Source of the DNA: Ruditapes philippinarum
Lineage: Eukaryota
Length of the DNA stretch: 64,000 bases
NCBI RefSeq assembly: GCF_026571515.1
Contig: NW_026861764.1
Location: 186,001 to 250,000 of the forward strand
Direction: 5' to 3'
Part shown: piece by piece, positions 14,001 through 29,000 of the stretch
How the letters are laid out: each line of letters begins with the position of its first letter
How positions within the stretch are numbered: the stretch's first letter is position 1
Made by a program: the position numbers and the translations under genes
The notes under the pieces: model-generated
Told to the model about the DNA's origin: nothing
Seen by the model: the letters and a program-made list of their open reading frames with translations, nothing else
Databases searched by the model: none

Positions 14001-17000
14001 TGGATAATTCTATATCTTTGAGTTGCCCTCTGTGGAAAAGTACATGTTCGAATGTTTGCGCCTATTTAAACGTTAGACAATTGTTATATGCCCTTTAAAT
14101 CTTGAGTAGTCTAATTTTAGGCATGAATATATTCCATCAAATTTTCTTTTATTTTGATATGGGATTAATTTGTTAGGCGGAATTCTATTATCTCTATACT
14201 ATTTATATTCCAATATTCCTTCCATAACCTGTCTTTTCTGTTATTTTTCTAATTATGAATGTGTATTTCTCTTTCATAATAAGTGTTACGTGTAGATTTA
14301 AATCGTCACTGCCAGTTTCGAGCATTTATAAGCTCGCTCATTTCGGAAAGACCTACATGACTAGGAATTCATACTATTGCTTTTTTAAGATTTTCCGTTA
14401 TAAATTCGGATTAATTTTTCAATATAAGGGCATTTAGATTTACCCTTGTCCGTCCGTCTGTACGTCCGTCTTTCCGGGCAAACATCAAATTGTCTATGAG
14501 CTTCATTTCTTCCATAATCTTAGTCAAAAAGAGAAAGGAAGGAAATTTCATTAACCGACTGGTTTATGTGATAATTTTACTGGTTTATTGAGGAAAATAC
14601 CACATAAAAGTCAAAGAAACAGCACAAATGTTGGCACGTCCGTCAGTTTTCATTTTGTGTCGCACATACCTTAGAAAGAGTTTGACCTAGAGTCATGAAA
14701 CTTTACAGAAATGATAGTCAGCATGTGTTGTAGTGCACCTGGGTATTTGCATGCGGCTTTATTCAGTATTTGAAGAGTTATTGCTCTTGACTTAGTAAAT
14801 ATTTGCAACTATCAAATTGTATTGCAAGTAGCTCAAAAAGTATTCAACCAAGAGTCATGAAACTTTACAGGAATATTGCTCAGCATGTGAAGTTTTTCAC
14901 ATGGGGTTTCATTTGTATGTTGTTGTTTTTTTGCTTATTTTTGGTCAGAGTACATGTAATTGCATTTTGACTTGAAAATTTTCCAATTTTCAATTTGTTT
15001 TGAGCGTAGTACAAAAAGTATTTAACCCTGAGTCACGGAAATTAATAGAAATTTTGGTCAGCAAGTGTAGCTGTGTACCCTTCTGTTTCGCTTCTGGATT
15101 TATCCAGTAATTCTAAAGTTATTGCCATTGAATTATTACAGAAAATAAGTTTTCAACTTGGGTCTAGTGTGGCAACAAAAAATACTTGACCTAAATAAAT
15201 GAAACTGTAAAAAGTGTTGGTTGGCATGCGGTGTTGTACACCGGGGGTTAGATTGTGGATGTATTCAGTATTTGAAAAGTAATTGCACTTAAATAAGTAA
15301 ACACCGTTCCATTCTGTTATGTTCCTTGAGTGCTTGAGTTGGAATCAACAACTTACAGAAATAATGCTCAACATCTCTGTCTGTGAAGCTGTGCACCAGG
15401 TGTCTTGCATACAGATTTCTGTCAGTTTTGTTAGAGTAATTCCCCTTGTTTTATTATAAATTTAAAATTTTAAACTTATTCATGCATAGCTCAAAATGTA
15501 TTTGACCTGTAGGCCTGAAAGTTTTCAAGAAAGTTGGTCAACATGTGTACTTATGTACCCTGGTGTTTGCTTGAGTATTTATTTATTATCTGTAAAGTTA
15601 TTGCCGTTGACTTAGTAAAACATTTTTAGTTTTCACTTTGTGTCACGTGTAGCACAAAATATTTGATCTAGAGTCATAAGATTGACAATACGGTGGAGTG
15701 TAAAAACACCTGTGTCCTATGGACACATTTATAATTTTATTTGTACCGCTTTTTGGGAGTATACCAATACTGTTAATTAGTTAAAACAACGAGATTAATT
15801 TATGACAAATTTTGCCTTCAGATGAGAGATCGTTTGTTCATATTGTACAATTGTTATCATATAACCAATGTCTTTTTTAACAAATACGTCAGTAAAGCTA
15901 TACTACGAAGATTTAGATTGCTTATACTACATTATAAATTTATTAAATTAGCTTATTGCTTTGATATTACAGATAAAGTAACTGCAAATGATGTTGTTTT
16001 TGTCAAAGGCAATCAATGTGTGAAGAAAGGCATTGAAGGCAGTTTTGGAGAGACACACAAATGTTTTCAAGTCAACATAGGCAAAACTACTAAATGTTTC
16101 GTATGTTCAATTGTTGCATCTCTATATGAAACTTTTTTTACTTTCTACTTTCTACTTTCTAATATATTTTAACTTCCAGTATATGTTAATATCCAATTAT
16201 GTTATTAAATAAATGCATAAATTGGACACTTTAAAGTAAAAAAGCTATATACAAGCTGCATGCAGTTAAAACAAATATTTTAAAACAATTTTGGAAAAAG
16301 AAACACCTGCAGATTATATAAAAGTTATATTATAGTTTATATATTTCTTATGAAGAAAATGACGCATGTACGGTGAAACCGGTATGGTATTCAAGAAGCT
16401 GCACGATTTTTTTCCGAACGCTTCATTCTGTTAAGTTAACGTAAAAATATTTGAATATCAGAGACACCCTTTTACATTATTTATGAGAATTGACCAAATG
16501 ATTAAGGAAACAGCAAGATTTTAATCTTATTCATTTTTGAAATATTATAAAATGCATTCAAGCAAAAAGAAAATACATTTGCATGCAAATGTAGCTTAAA
16601 GTTTAGTTTGCAACATGAATAAAAAACTTATCAGTTAGATTCAACGCACATATAAATAATGCTATTCTTTTTATGTGCTTTGTCTTGTGGCAGTAATGAT
16701 AAGGCTGCATTGAGATCTCAATTTGTTTCGAAAATGTTCACCTGCTCAAGTTTACAAAAACTAGTTTTGATTAGGTCTTGATGTTTTTGAAATTACATTT
16801 CAAAGAAATTGATATCTAAGGGAGCATCTTTTTTATAATTTAAGCCGGGATACCCAATATTTGGATCGAAGAAAAACACAATTATGTTGCAAGGTTTAAC
16901 AGTTGGATCATCAGATTCTTGTTCATCATCGTTTTATTCATATGCGGTCATAAAACCGCAAGTGAGATGGATTAACACGGTCATTTTGGGTATTTATCTT

Positions 17001-20000
17001 TATTCAATAGTCCTGTTTTTGATATTGTGATTATGTACATAATGGTGATAGAATTAAGATTTTCTTACTTGTACTAAACGATAGAAAATTATAACTAAAG
17101 AAATTCATGTACATTCTTGCCCGAGGAATTCCGGCGTCAATCGTTATACACCTGGTTTTGTGTCTGTTAGTCCGTCTATTAGCTATTTCGTATCCTGCCA
17201 GCTTTTTTAACCAATGGAAGGGGATCACGTAGTTAATATATACTTACATGTATATGAGTTTTATTGTGTCAAACTAAAGTGTCATATAAATGTTTAGTAT
17301 GTAGCATTGCTTTGTTGACCTCTACAAAAGTGACATAAATCATGATCTTTATATATGGAATGGCCCGTCTCTTCTATTTTATGTTTACTTGTAAAATTAT
17401 CTTGAAATGTAATATTCCTATACTTAATAAAGCAAAAAGCTTTGATAGTGGTATATACCACCAATTTCTAGTCTTTCAGCACGCACGTATTAAGCAGGAT
17501 CTTAACAACCTTAACGCAAAATCAAAAGTATTCATCTACTGATTCTAGGAGGGGGGATAGGGGGTTTCACCCATATTTTTGAGAATTTCCCCCTATTTTT
17601 TTCAGAGGAAGGGGGAAAATTGTACATAGAGAAAGAAGAAAAAAGATCAAATAATGTAATAAATTCTCACTTTTCGATAAAAATTCCCCCTGTTTTTTCG
17701 AATCTTAGAATAAACACAAGGTGAATAAGTAAGAGGATCGAGGGCCAATGGGCTGTCGTGTTATTGGTTTGAAAACCTATTTAAATACAAGTCAATGTGA
17801 TCCTGACTTTTGACCCCTTGACAAAAATAATTTGGGTCATCAACTGGACATGACCAATGCAGGTATGTCTTGACATTTGACCACTTACTATTCTAACTTC
17901 TCTATACACGAAAAAGCAATACAGCTGAATGTGAAAAAAGCCGAACGAGGAACAAAAAAAAACAACAAAAAAAAACAAAACAAAAAACAAAAAACAAAAA
18001 AAACTTCTTAGTATTTACATTCTTTTGAATAAAACAAATGTTTCCTTACTTTTTCGGATCTGTTTCCCAATTTAATTGAGAAAATCAGTACATGAACTGT
18101 ATTTCTTATATCATACATGACTTATAAAGAAACTGTTTGAATGTGTTAGATTTGGTGTGTAAGGAAAACCTTATAACAGATTACAGATCAGTTGGAAAAT
18201 ATAAAAATTGAAAAGTGACGTTTGAAAGACTTTCAACCGTAAACAGGAGCATCGCGATTGTTAAATGTGATAATGTTTTTAAAGCAGACCAAAAGAAAAT
18301 ATTTAATCTTAAGAAAATCCAGATACAGCTTTCAAAATTAACAATAACAATATTTTAATTATTTTCTGGAACTTTCATTTTAACTGAACTGATGTACATG
18401 ATGTAATCACCTATATTTGTTTTCATACTTGTCTTTGAACTTGTGGGGTCTTATATGAGTTACTTCGCATTTAAGGTGAAAAAGAGCCAGTGAAACAAAA
18501 CAAATATAAAAACGATAAGATACAACAATACAAACACATCGTGCTTTTGTAATGTAATATAATAAACGCACGAAAGATTTGGAGATAAAAAAAAAAACAT
18601 TTTGCAGATTGTGGCTCAGTCGAAAACATTAAAAATGGACAGGTTTCTCTCAACAAAAAATCAAAAACGTCCGTTGGAGCTACGGCGACTATTGAATGCG
18701 ATCCTGGTTATCAAGCAAGTCAGCAGAAAATTGTCTGCCTAAAAACCGGTAAATGGCAAAAATCCATTTGCGCAAAAAAAGGTAAAATTAAATTGATATT
18801 ATAATAGTAATAATAATTTCTTTATATAATATTATATGATTTCACACAAAGAAATTATATTTATATCTTTGTAAGAACAACAATGCATCGGGCAAGAAAA
18901 TACTATTAGGCTGTCACAGAGGTCGTAGATGTTCTGATTTGCCTTGTTGTTTCTATAAAATAAAGCACAGGTTACCAATTTTAGACTTTGAAATTCAGAG
19001 TTCTCTCTATGTTGATTTCAATTAAAATTATAAATACAGTTTTTCAAAATCCGCACGATTTGTGGCTTTAACAGCGTGATGTGTAATGATGAGCTAACAT
19101 AGGTACCACTGAGATGCTGTAACGTCTAAAGTAAACGTTATTTGTTAAACAAGTAGATATTTTAATTAAAATTTAATTGAAAAAGAAATGAGATAACTAT
19201 AGGTAGTGATGCTATAAGATATAACTTTCATTGATTACATTTCCCTTATAGACTTTGTTTAAGTCACATAAAGACATTAAAAAGTTGATAAAAACTTATT
19301 CATATCGTATGTTTAAGGATATAGATAAGTGCATAAAAGTTGATAGACATGTGTCTGTTATATGACTGAAGTTGATATTTAAGTCTTTATACCTGCTTTT
19401 TATGAGGGACATGTAGTTGAATTTCCAAACAGCAGGAAAAACCAGTATGAGGACTGGCAGTGTAAAAAAGATATAAATTACCTTGCAAAATTTCGAATAA
19501 TTTCCCTTATTGCTGTACCTCATATATACGCCTTCTTTTTAGGCTTCAAATAGTGAAACATCTTGTTTGTGTCCCAAACAAATGTTTTTGTTGGGGAAAT
19601 GTTGTAAGAAAAAGTGATCTAAGTTTTTGGCGCCGTTCTAAACAGAAAGATAAATCAGGGGGTACGGGTGCCAGAGGGGTGATGTGCCCTTTTCTGTTTG
19701 AGAGTTTAAAGGGTCAGCTGACCCCCCCCCCTCATCGCCAAGAAGATTTTTGACCTGTGAGAGTCAAAAAGTAGCCTCAGATCAATCATAAGATAACAAG
19801 TAACCAATGCTGAAAAAAACCTTTCCCTGTATCTCAATTCATTGAGTTGCAGCACTTTGAAATCAGTTTGGATGGAAAATTTCAACGCAAAATAGTGATA
19901 TTTGGCAATTTTGATATGTCCCAACGTTGCTTTGGAAACAGGAAATGTAAGATTGAACATGTCGTTACAAAGGCCATGGTGCAGTCAACTATTTGTGCCA

Positions 20001-23000
20001 AGTTTGGTGAATATTGAAGCATCTTTTAAAATTTCATAGCAATCTGAACTTGTAACAAGAGGCTTTCATTGAAAAAAGCCATTGTTTACAAAGTGCTCAT
20101 GTAGTTAAGGGTTTTATTACATATCCGTGCCGATTTTGCGACTCCTTAAAAACGGTATTGCACTGCCGTGTATATCTTTTGACATGACGTCATTAGCGTT
20201 ATACAAGCTTGTGTAAAGACGCGCTAAATGTTACAGTAACTGTTATACTATAGGCGCGTCAATAAAAAAAGACTCTTTTTCACTTAAAACGGTCTTTATT
20301 TTGGGTATGTGATAAATAGAATATTAAATTCGCGTATAGTCATTACTGAATTTATTCAACTCGTTGAATTAAATAATATTATCCTCACCAGAGGCTCGCA
20401 CATTATACTTTTATTCGACTTCAAGTGTATAAATAATTCGTTAATAGAATCAAGTTCTTTGGTTTTGTACCATTACTCATAGCAATGTAATGTCATTAAC
20501 AGGTCTATGCGATCGGTCATTTCTTAATGACTTAAAAGAATTATAAATTATAAACTTTGTAAACGTTACTCCTTTTGACTGAAGTTTCTTTAAAGGATAC
20601 CCTTTTATAATGTTACATAAGTACCATCATGCATTGTCTTGTTATCGTAATACTTTATTGAATTTAAGTGGGTAAACGTGATCTGCTTTGAATGTTTCTA
20701 TTTTAACCATATTTCTATGCATTGTCAGACTGTGGTCCTGTGAAAAACATTGTACATGGACGAGTCATCCTTGACAAAACAAAAACGTCGAGATTTGGAG
20801 CAACAGCGACTGTAAAATGTAGCCCTGGTTATAGTGCAAATCAAAAGAAAATAGTTTGTTTAGATACCGGAAAATGGGAAACAGCAAGATGCAATCTCAA
20901 AGGTATGTTCAGTATTTATTAGATAGAAATTAATTACCGACGTTAATAGCTTCTCAATATAAGATATCAAAAATATAATTAAAATGTTTGATAGTACATT
21001 TATATACTTTTAACTCCTTATTATACTTGAAATATTGTCTGATTTTCTGAAGTACTGCATGTAAGCTATGTTAGGCAGGTAATAGTCAAACAACTTTTAC
21101 AATTAGAAATCTAGAACATGTTAAATCCTTTGGAGGTTATAACAACAAAATGATTATTTGCAAAATGTGAAAACATGTTTAATTTTTAAATAGCTTTTTG
21201 AAAAAAGTAGCTTACTATTTAGTTATGTCATCGCATTCTTTGTCAGTTTTTTTTCGTTCTTTGGTCTCACATTTCATGACAACACCATTGTCGCTAAATG
21301 GTTCTCACAAGCTTTGAGGTTTTTCCATTTTTACGAGTCATAACGTAATGTCTTGTTAATGAATTCCTCAAGATATGAATCAAGAGGAATATGATAAACA
21401 TAAATAACAAATATGTAAAGATACAAGGAAATATGCCTCTTGCTTCATAAAAATACATTTTGTAAAAGAGCAAAATTGAATAAATGCAAACAAGATCTTA
21501 CTTATTGTATCAAATTATCTATCAAGTATGTGAAACAATACTTTATTACTTTGAAGTACAAACGTTGAGTGAAATTCAATTAAAATGTATTTATTATAAC
21601 TGTTAATGTATAGTCGTACAATAGTGAAGAAAATGTAATTACATATTTAATTGGTAAAGATTTTGATTAAACAGATTATGCACAATGCCAGTAGAATCAC
21701 AAAAGCACTACAAAACAAGTCGGATGTATAAGAATCTATTTAATATTGGGACAACAAAATATAAAAGCAATTCACTATAGACAGCCTGACAAGTAATTGC
21801 AGCTACACCTGTATTGTTCGTTGTTAGACACACATTTATGAAGCAGAATTATTTTACCGAACTTTTCCTTGAAATGTTGTATTATTCATACTTTATTTGC
21901 CAATTGTCCTTAGAACTATGATATTTCTAAATTATATGCCAACCTTGTATGACATGAATTCATTGACGTCCCTTCGTTGTTTCTACAGAGTATAAAGTTT
22001 TAAAAAACGTTTGGTATCACTTCGAACGTATAAATAATTTGTTAACTGAATTATATGGTTTTGTCACTTTACTTATTGCAATATAATAAAACAACGAGAA
22101 TAAAGATCAACGAGGCAATGACAACGTTCACAGGACGCAGCCCCCGACACACCCGAGCAGGGCACCAAACCAAAACCGGGAGTGGATGTAAGGACGGCGA
22201 AAGGAGAGGGACACATAATGTGTGGATTGATAAAAACTAAAACTTGCACATATGCAAATTAAATGGTGAAATGAGGGGGGAGGGTAAACATGGGAAAGAG
22301 GTGAGAAAATAATGTTAAAACTGGTCACTGCGACCAGCCAATTTCTTATTATGACGTTTACCTTTTGAGTGAACATTGTTCAATAACTGTACATAAGTAC
22401 CGTCGTGCATTACCATGTTATCGTTATACTTTATGGATTTAAAGCGGGTGTATATGATCCATTTTTCATGTTTTAATTTTAACCTTATTTCTGTACATTT
22501 TTCAGACTGTGGTCCTGTTAAAAAAATTGGAAATGGAAAGGTCACCCTTGACAAAACAAAATCGTCGAAGGTGGGAGCAACAGCGACTTTAAAATGTAGC
22601 CCTGGCTTTAGACCAAATCAAGAGAAAATAAGTTGTTCAGATAACGGGAAATGGGAAAAAGCAAGATGCATAATCATAGGTATAGTTCAGTATTCATTAA
22701 ATACAATTGAAGCACAGCCGTTATTAACTTCTCAATATATGATATCAAAATAATTATTTTTAAACCGCTTGATTATACCTCTGTCAAAATTCACGTCTTA
22801 CTGCTTATAATACTTTTACATATTGTATATTCATTTTTCTCTTACATAAATAGTGTTGTCCTTTAATATTTGTCTGTGTACTAAATGTAAGCTATACTAG
22901 ATTGAGATTGCCAGTAAGATAACTTTATCGACTAAAAATGTTGAACACATCTATTCCTTTAATCGTGATTTCAACATTCGAAATACAATAAATAAACAAC

Positions 23001-26000
23001 AAAAGAGATGTTACAATAACATTGTTTTTTATGGCTATAAATCTGGAACATGGAAATGTCACTATATCTTTTGTTATTACTTTTAATCACATCTTGAAAT
23101 GTTCTAGAGCGTCAACGTAACCTTCAAGATTGAGAGAATCATTTTACTCAAAGTTAAACTTCTTGAGATAATTACGCTGGTAAAGTAAAACATAGCTTTG
23201 TTTTTGGTTATTGACGCTATATCTATGCAACTTTAAATGTAGATTGATAGAAGTCTTGCGATTAATCACTTTCAACTTGTTTTTTTCCGGAGTATATTGA
23301 GAGCAGTCGCTTCTGTGTCCAGATGGTTTATTAATTCTTTTAAGACAGTAAAACAATTTCACTGTAACTACTTTATTTCGTACTTCAATTATATGTTTAT
23401 GTTCATAGACCACATTATATTTGACAAAGTTACTAAGTAATTCGCCAAGATAATGAAAATTACCACCATTCAATTTAGAATGTTCATGAAAAAATATATT
23501 TTTGTATTATTTCTTTCTTTTTAAAGCTATCTACTTCAAATTATCACGTACATCACTTATGGCAGAGTTATTAATAATAGCAATTATATTGTCAGAAATG
23601 TTATCCTTGAATTTAGAATGTTTAAAATGTTTTCGGGAGTTTTCATATAAACATAAAACTTATGAAAACTCCGGAAAACGTCTTTATTGAAAAAAATTTT
23701 GGTTTGTATAAGTTCATTCTTTGTAAGGTATCTACTTCAAATTTCAGTCAATCAGCACAAGTATTATATAATACTTAACTTTAAAACATTTTTATGCATT
23801 CATTGAATGCGCATATATCTGTTGTTTTGTTTGTCATGTGATCCTATGTAGAAATTAAAACCAGAAAATTTATGTCTTTTTTATAACCTTATTTATATAT
23901 ACGGAAACAGAATAAAATGTCCCAGATTAAATATTTGACATTTGTTTTTCGTTAATTGAACGATAGTTTCACACATGTCCCAATCGCTGTCAATAAATAT
24001 ACTGAGGAATTCTTTCTATCTGGGTTTTCTATAATAATTGTGATAAGAATGTAAACAATAATCTACCGATATAAATGTTAAGCTTTAAACACTTGAGGCA
24101 AAGAAAACATAACCACTAAAATAAAATAACATATTACACATAATTTGAAATTATTTTATCATATATTTTTGTACATTTTTTATCTATTTGTATATCTCAT
24201 TTGTTACATCTTTTCTCTTACCTTAACAGTCTTCATTTGTCTGTGTTGATTTTTTTTAACAAAGAACTATTATGTTAGCTATGTAAGAAATTTTGTTGCT
24301 AACGTATGTCTGATTCGTTTTAAATCATTTTCATCATGATCTTGACCAATTTCATGAAAAGGCGGTAAGAGGTTTTAAAAAAATGGCTTCATTTCTGAAG
24401 AAAATGTTACTGCGTCATTTTTTCTCAGGATGAGGAAAAAACATCTTACTAAGTTTTTTTGCATAGGATGACTTTCTGCGTAAAAGGCATAAAATCCAAA
24501 CATTAGTTTTGGTTCATGACGTATAATGTCAAGATCACAGCCCTCTTGAATCAAAAGGAAATTTCCTCTCGTTGACACACGAATGATTTATTATGCACTT
24601 CTCAAACATGTTATTAATTTCACACTTTTGTATATTTTTGCATGTCACAAAATCTATTGTCGCCGATACAGATATATTGAATATAACACCATCATCTTCT
24701 TATATTTTTTCGTCAAGATTTAATTCAAAATATTTATGAAAGTACTTTCTCTTACCATTACCTTCCATGAACAGGCTCAATCAATCGGAGCCTGCAACTT
24801 TTTCAAATTTGTTGATATGAACGTGTTTTAAGAATTCTGTTTTCCCTATTTGATCATTATTTAGACTGTGAGACTCCTTCAAATGTGGTCAATGGTACTT
24901 TGCACTTTTCCACAACAACGTATGGATCGAACGCTTCTGTTGTTTGTGATAGAGGGTATAATGGAAGCCACACAACAATAAGTTGCCTTGACAATGGTAG
25001 TTGGGAAATACCAACATGTGCAATTAAAGGTATATTACAATTATTATAGATATCTTCATCTTTCAAACGTTACAAATCTTTGTCCACATACTTTTTCATC
25101 TTATAATATACCTCTATTAATTATTAATAATGCAGCGTCGTTAAAACCGCTCGATATAGACTTAACAGCATCATTAAACTGTTTGATAATTCTGGTTTCA
25201 AGATTAACATGAACCTATTCAAGATATGTGTACATATTCCACATACCTAGTGACCCCCTTTAAAATATGTCATTTATTTTTCAACATACAAATGTAAACT
25301 ATATACGAGAAGGGCATTTTTACAATAATCTGTTTTATGGGAGTACAAGTACTTTGTTTGTCATTACGTTTTATTCACAGTCACTCTAAAATGTTGAAAT
25401 GTTTTTGAGTGTTAGCTTTTTCTTCAAGATAAAGAGAATCATTTCTACTTTTATTTTTACTTCGTTAAATATACCTTAAATTTAATTGTAGTATTTAATG
25501 TCAGAGTCACAGTAACCTGAAGCCTATAAAGTGACCTCCCTCCGATAATGCAAGAATCATACCTAACCTTTTAACTTTTTTTCTTTAATTGCACGCAGTG
25601 AGTCACACATTCCTGTGCTGTTGCAAAGATCAAATGATCAAAGATCATCGTTACAATGATGTTGAATGATGTTGTGCATCTCATTGTAATTGTGCTTCTC
25701 ATCTGTTACTTTGTTCACAAACTTTATAATATGTTCGAAATAATACACTGTATATATATAAACTACGAATAGGTACCAGTCAGACAACTTTTACGATTAT
25801 TTATTTTGAACACGTTAAAACCTTTGAAACTGATTTCAGCGAAACGATTGATTTAAATACCCAAAATTGTGTTATTAATGATCCGTGCTCAAATGTGTTT
25901 ACATTTGTTTTGTCCACGGACCCGATTTTGATCTATTAATCCCTTTGATTTACAACTGGAAATGAATTCAGAACTAAAGAATCCTTTCGATTTCTATATT

Positions 26001-29000
26001 AATGTAAAGTCATAAATAGGTTTCCCCTTTGGTGATTCGCAGTTTGTCTTATTAATAAAGGAGAAAGGGAAACAAAGTTCAAGACGAAGGCAGTATAACA
26101 GACCAAAAAAAAAAAAACAACAACAACAACAAATGAAAAAAAGTTGATTATTTATTCCTTACATTTGAAACTCCTACAGGAATTTACTATTTATTTTGTA
26201 GTCCGCGGTGGGTTATAAGTAATTATTTTACTACTGCTGAAGACTTATTATGTGAATTTTGTAAGCTGTAAATATATGACATTAACATCGTGAAAATCCG
26301 ATAATCTATTTAAAGAAATAGTTTTATTTTTGAGTCTGAAACTGTTCTTGAAAAGATATTCAAAAATAACGAATCAGGCAAAATGAACTGCTAAAACAAT
26401 TGTACTGATCAGAGACATATATTACATTTCAAATACAGGTACATGTGAACTTCGGTAAGAAACTAATGCGTAGTATCCCTTTGCCATATGAGTGTATTCG
26501 ATTTGTGTCCCTTTATTATATCATGATTAAAACGGACCTTGATAAATACAGTCGAAAATCTTCATAGTTTGATATTTAATTATCATCTTTTCTTACTTAC
26601 TAATCATACAAACAGAAGAATGTTGCACTACTGTCATGTCAAATTAAAAGTCATGTAAGTCTTGTTTGCATTGGAAGTACTTTTCCTTGCTTGGCAAGAA
26701 TTAGTGAAACCATATTTTTCATTTAATATCTGGCCAGTCTCTCATGAACAGTGCATACTTTAAGTATAATTATGCAAATTTAAATGGTTAACAAAACATC
26801 CGAAACGATGAATAATAGTTATCTTAATAGAAAATGACCCGTGCACCGGAATGGTTTGGCAAGGTATTTTTAATTAGGTCATATTTTGCGCGGAGCTTCT
26901 CAATTAATGCATTGCAGCAACATTTGTTCTTGTTATAAATTGAATTTGAGGAATAGGATATTACTGTTTGATAAATGATTGCATGTTTGAACATTTCTAA
27001 CCTGCGTTATTTTGTGTCAAGATGAAGTGAATCATTTTTACATTTTTCTTGTTTACTAAAGTGAACGCAAATATAATATAAAGACGACAATCATTGATTT
27101 CGGTTTAGAACGCTTAAACGTCATGTTAGCAGTAACTTTAAGTCTGTACAAAAATCTCACACAAGAACACACGTATTAAATACTATGCAACTTTAAAACA
27201 TTGTGTTTTTTTCTTGTTTACTTAAATGACCGAGAATATCATATAAAGACAGCCAACATTGATTTCAGTTCAGGACACTATAACGTCAAGTAAACAGTAG
27301 CTTTAAGTCCGTACAAAAATCTCCCAGGAATTCAAGTATTCAATACTATACAACTTTCAAACATTGTGTTTTCATTGCACTCTGTGAGTGAACCCCTCTG
27401 TTGTTTGCATGTGTCAAGTGATCAATGGAAATCGTTACAAAAAAGTTACATATAAACCGATTTCCGCTTATGTTTAACGTCTTGATATTAATTTTATATT
27501 ATATTATATGAATTTATTCAGACTGTGGGTTTCCATTAAATGTGACCAATGGTAATTTGCAATATATCGCAACAACGTTTGGATCAACTGCTTCTCTAGC
27601 CTGTGATAGAGGATACATGCATGATGGAAACGGGACAATAAGCTGCCTTGACACAGGCAGTTGGGAAACACCACCAAGATGTTCTATTAAAGGTCAACTT
27701 TAATTTGTATCACTTTCAATCTTTGTTAAATTTCACTTTACTTTACTTGACACCAAAGTCAGTAGGTGGATACTTTATACAAGACCCAACATGGGATGGC
27801 TGCCCAGGTGTCTGTGCTCAAGGTCAAGGTCACTGTTACTAAAAATGAGATCAGTTTCTGCTCACTAACTTTGAGTTTACTTTGGCCTATTGACACCAAA
27901 CTTCTTGTATATGTAGATTATATCAGAAGGCAGCTGGGGATTGCTTCACTGAGGCCTATTATAAAGGTCAAGGTCACTGTTACTAAATAGGAAAATGTAG
28001 TTTTTGCTCAATAATTTGCTTTGGCCCATTGACACCAAATTTGGTCTATATGTAGCATATATAAAGAGGCCGTATGGGTCAAGCAGGTGTCTGTGGTCAA
28101 GGTCAAGGTCAATGTTACTAAATATAGGTTTTTTTGACAATTTGACACTTTCTGTGTGGCAGCTTGGTATTGCCACTTAGATATCTTGGATCAAGGTCAA
28201 TGTCATTTGCTTACAAAAAGATTTATTTTTCAGCTGCTACTCAATAATTTAAGTGCTCTTTGACCTATTGATTCTTGTCACATCAAAACTTGGTCGTTGA
28301 AAACCTGGTTTCGTCTCGGTGCGGCGCTTCTTGTTGAAATATTATATGTAGCTATTCAAATTGCACCGCCAGGACAACGTTACAGAATTAAAATATGAAA
28401 GAGTGTAACAGGAAAATTCAACTCCATAGTAGGATAACGCTATCGATAAGATATTAATTCTAGTTTATGTTGTTTAATGTTTAAGATCACAGTCATCTTA
28501 TTCAAGATACATGTATATTTTTCAACCTTATTCTTTACAAATATGTTATTTATTAATCAATCGATCCATAAGTTTCTCAAACAATTGTAAAAATTTGCTT
28601 TTTGTGTATTACTTTTCTATCGTTTCATTAATTAATAATCTGATGTAATTATCGAAAAATCATATTTATATATTTAAAAATGTACCGCTATGACAACGTT
28701 AGAGACTTAAAATCTGGAATAGGAAAATACAACTTCGTGGTAGGATACTGTTACCAATAAAACACAAAATCTTGTTCATGACGTTTAAGATTTAAGATCA
28801 CAGTGTTCTGATAAAGATATATGTTAACCCCCAAAGCCTTACAATTATGTTAAATATTCATCAACTGAACTCTGAGTTTCTCACTTAAATACCTTGACAC
28901 TCACTCGCTGTCAATAAAAAATACTGAGGAATCTTTCATTCTAGTTATTCTAGTTAATCGTTATTATAAATATGAACCATTTTCCCACTTATGTTTAACG

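Noticed and set aside
16845-16893. Shorter exon 6 ending at CAAG|gtttaa
   Set aside because: In phase, but it would drop the C220 equivalent and the WI helix; the 16989 donor completes the protease fold
17480-17527. Possible exon after tttcag (HARIKQDLNN...)
   Set aside because: Not needed for phase continuity, weak donor, no domain similarity
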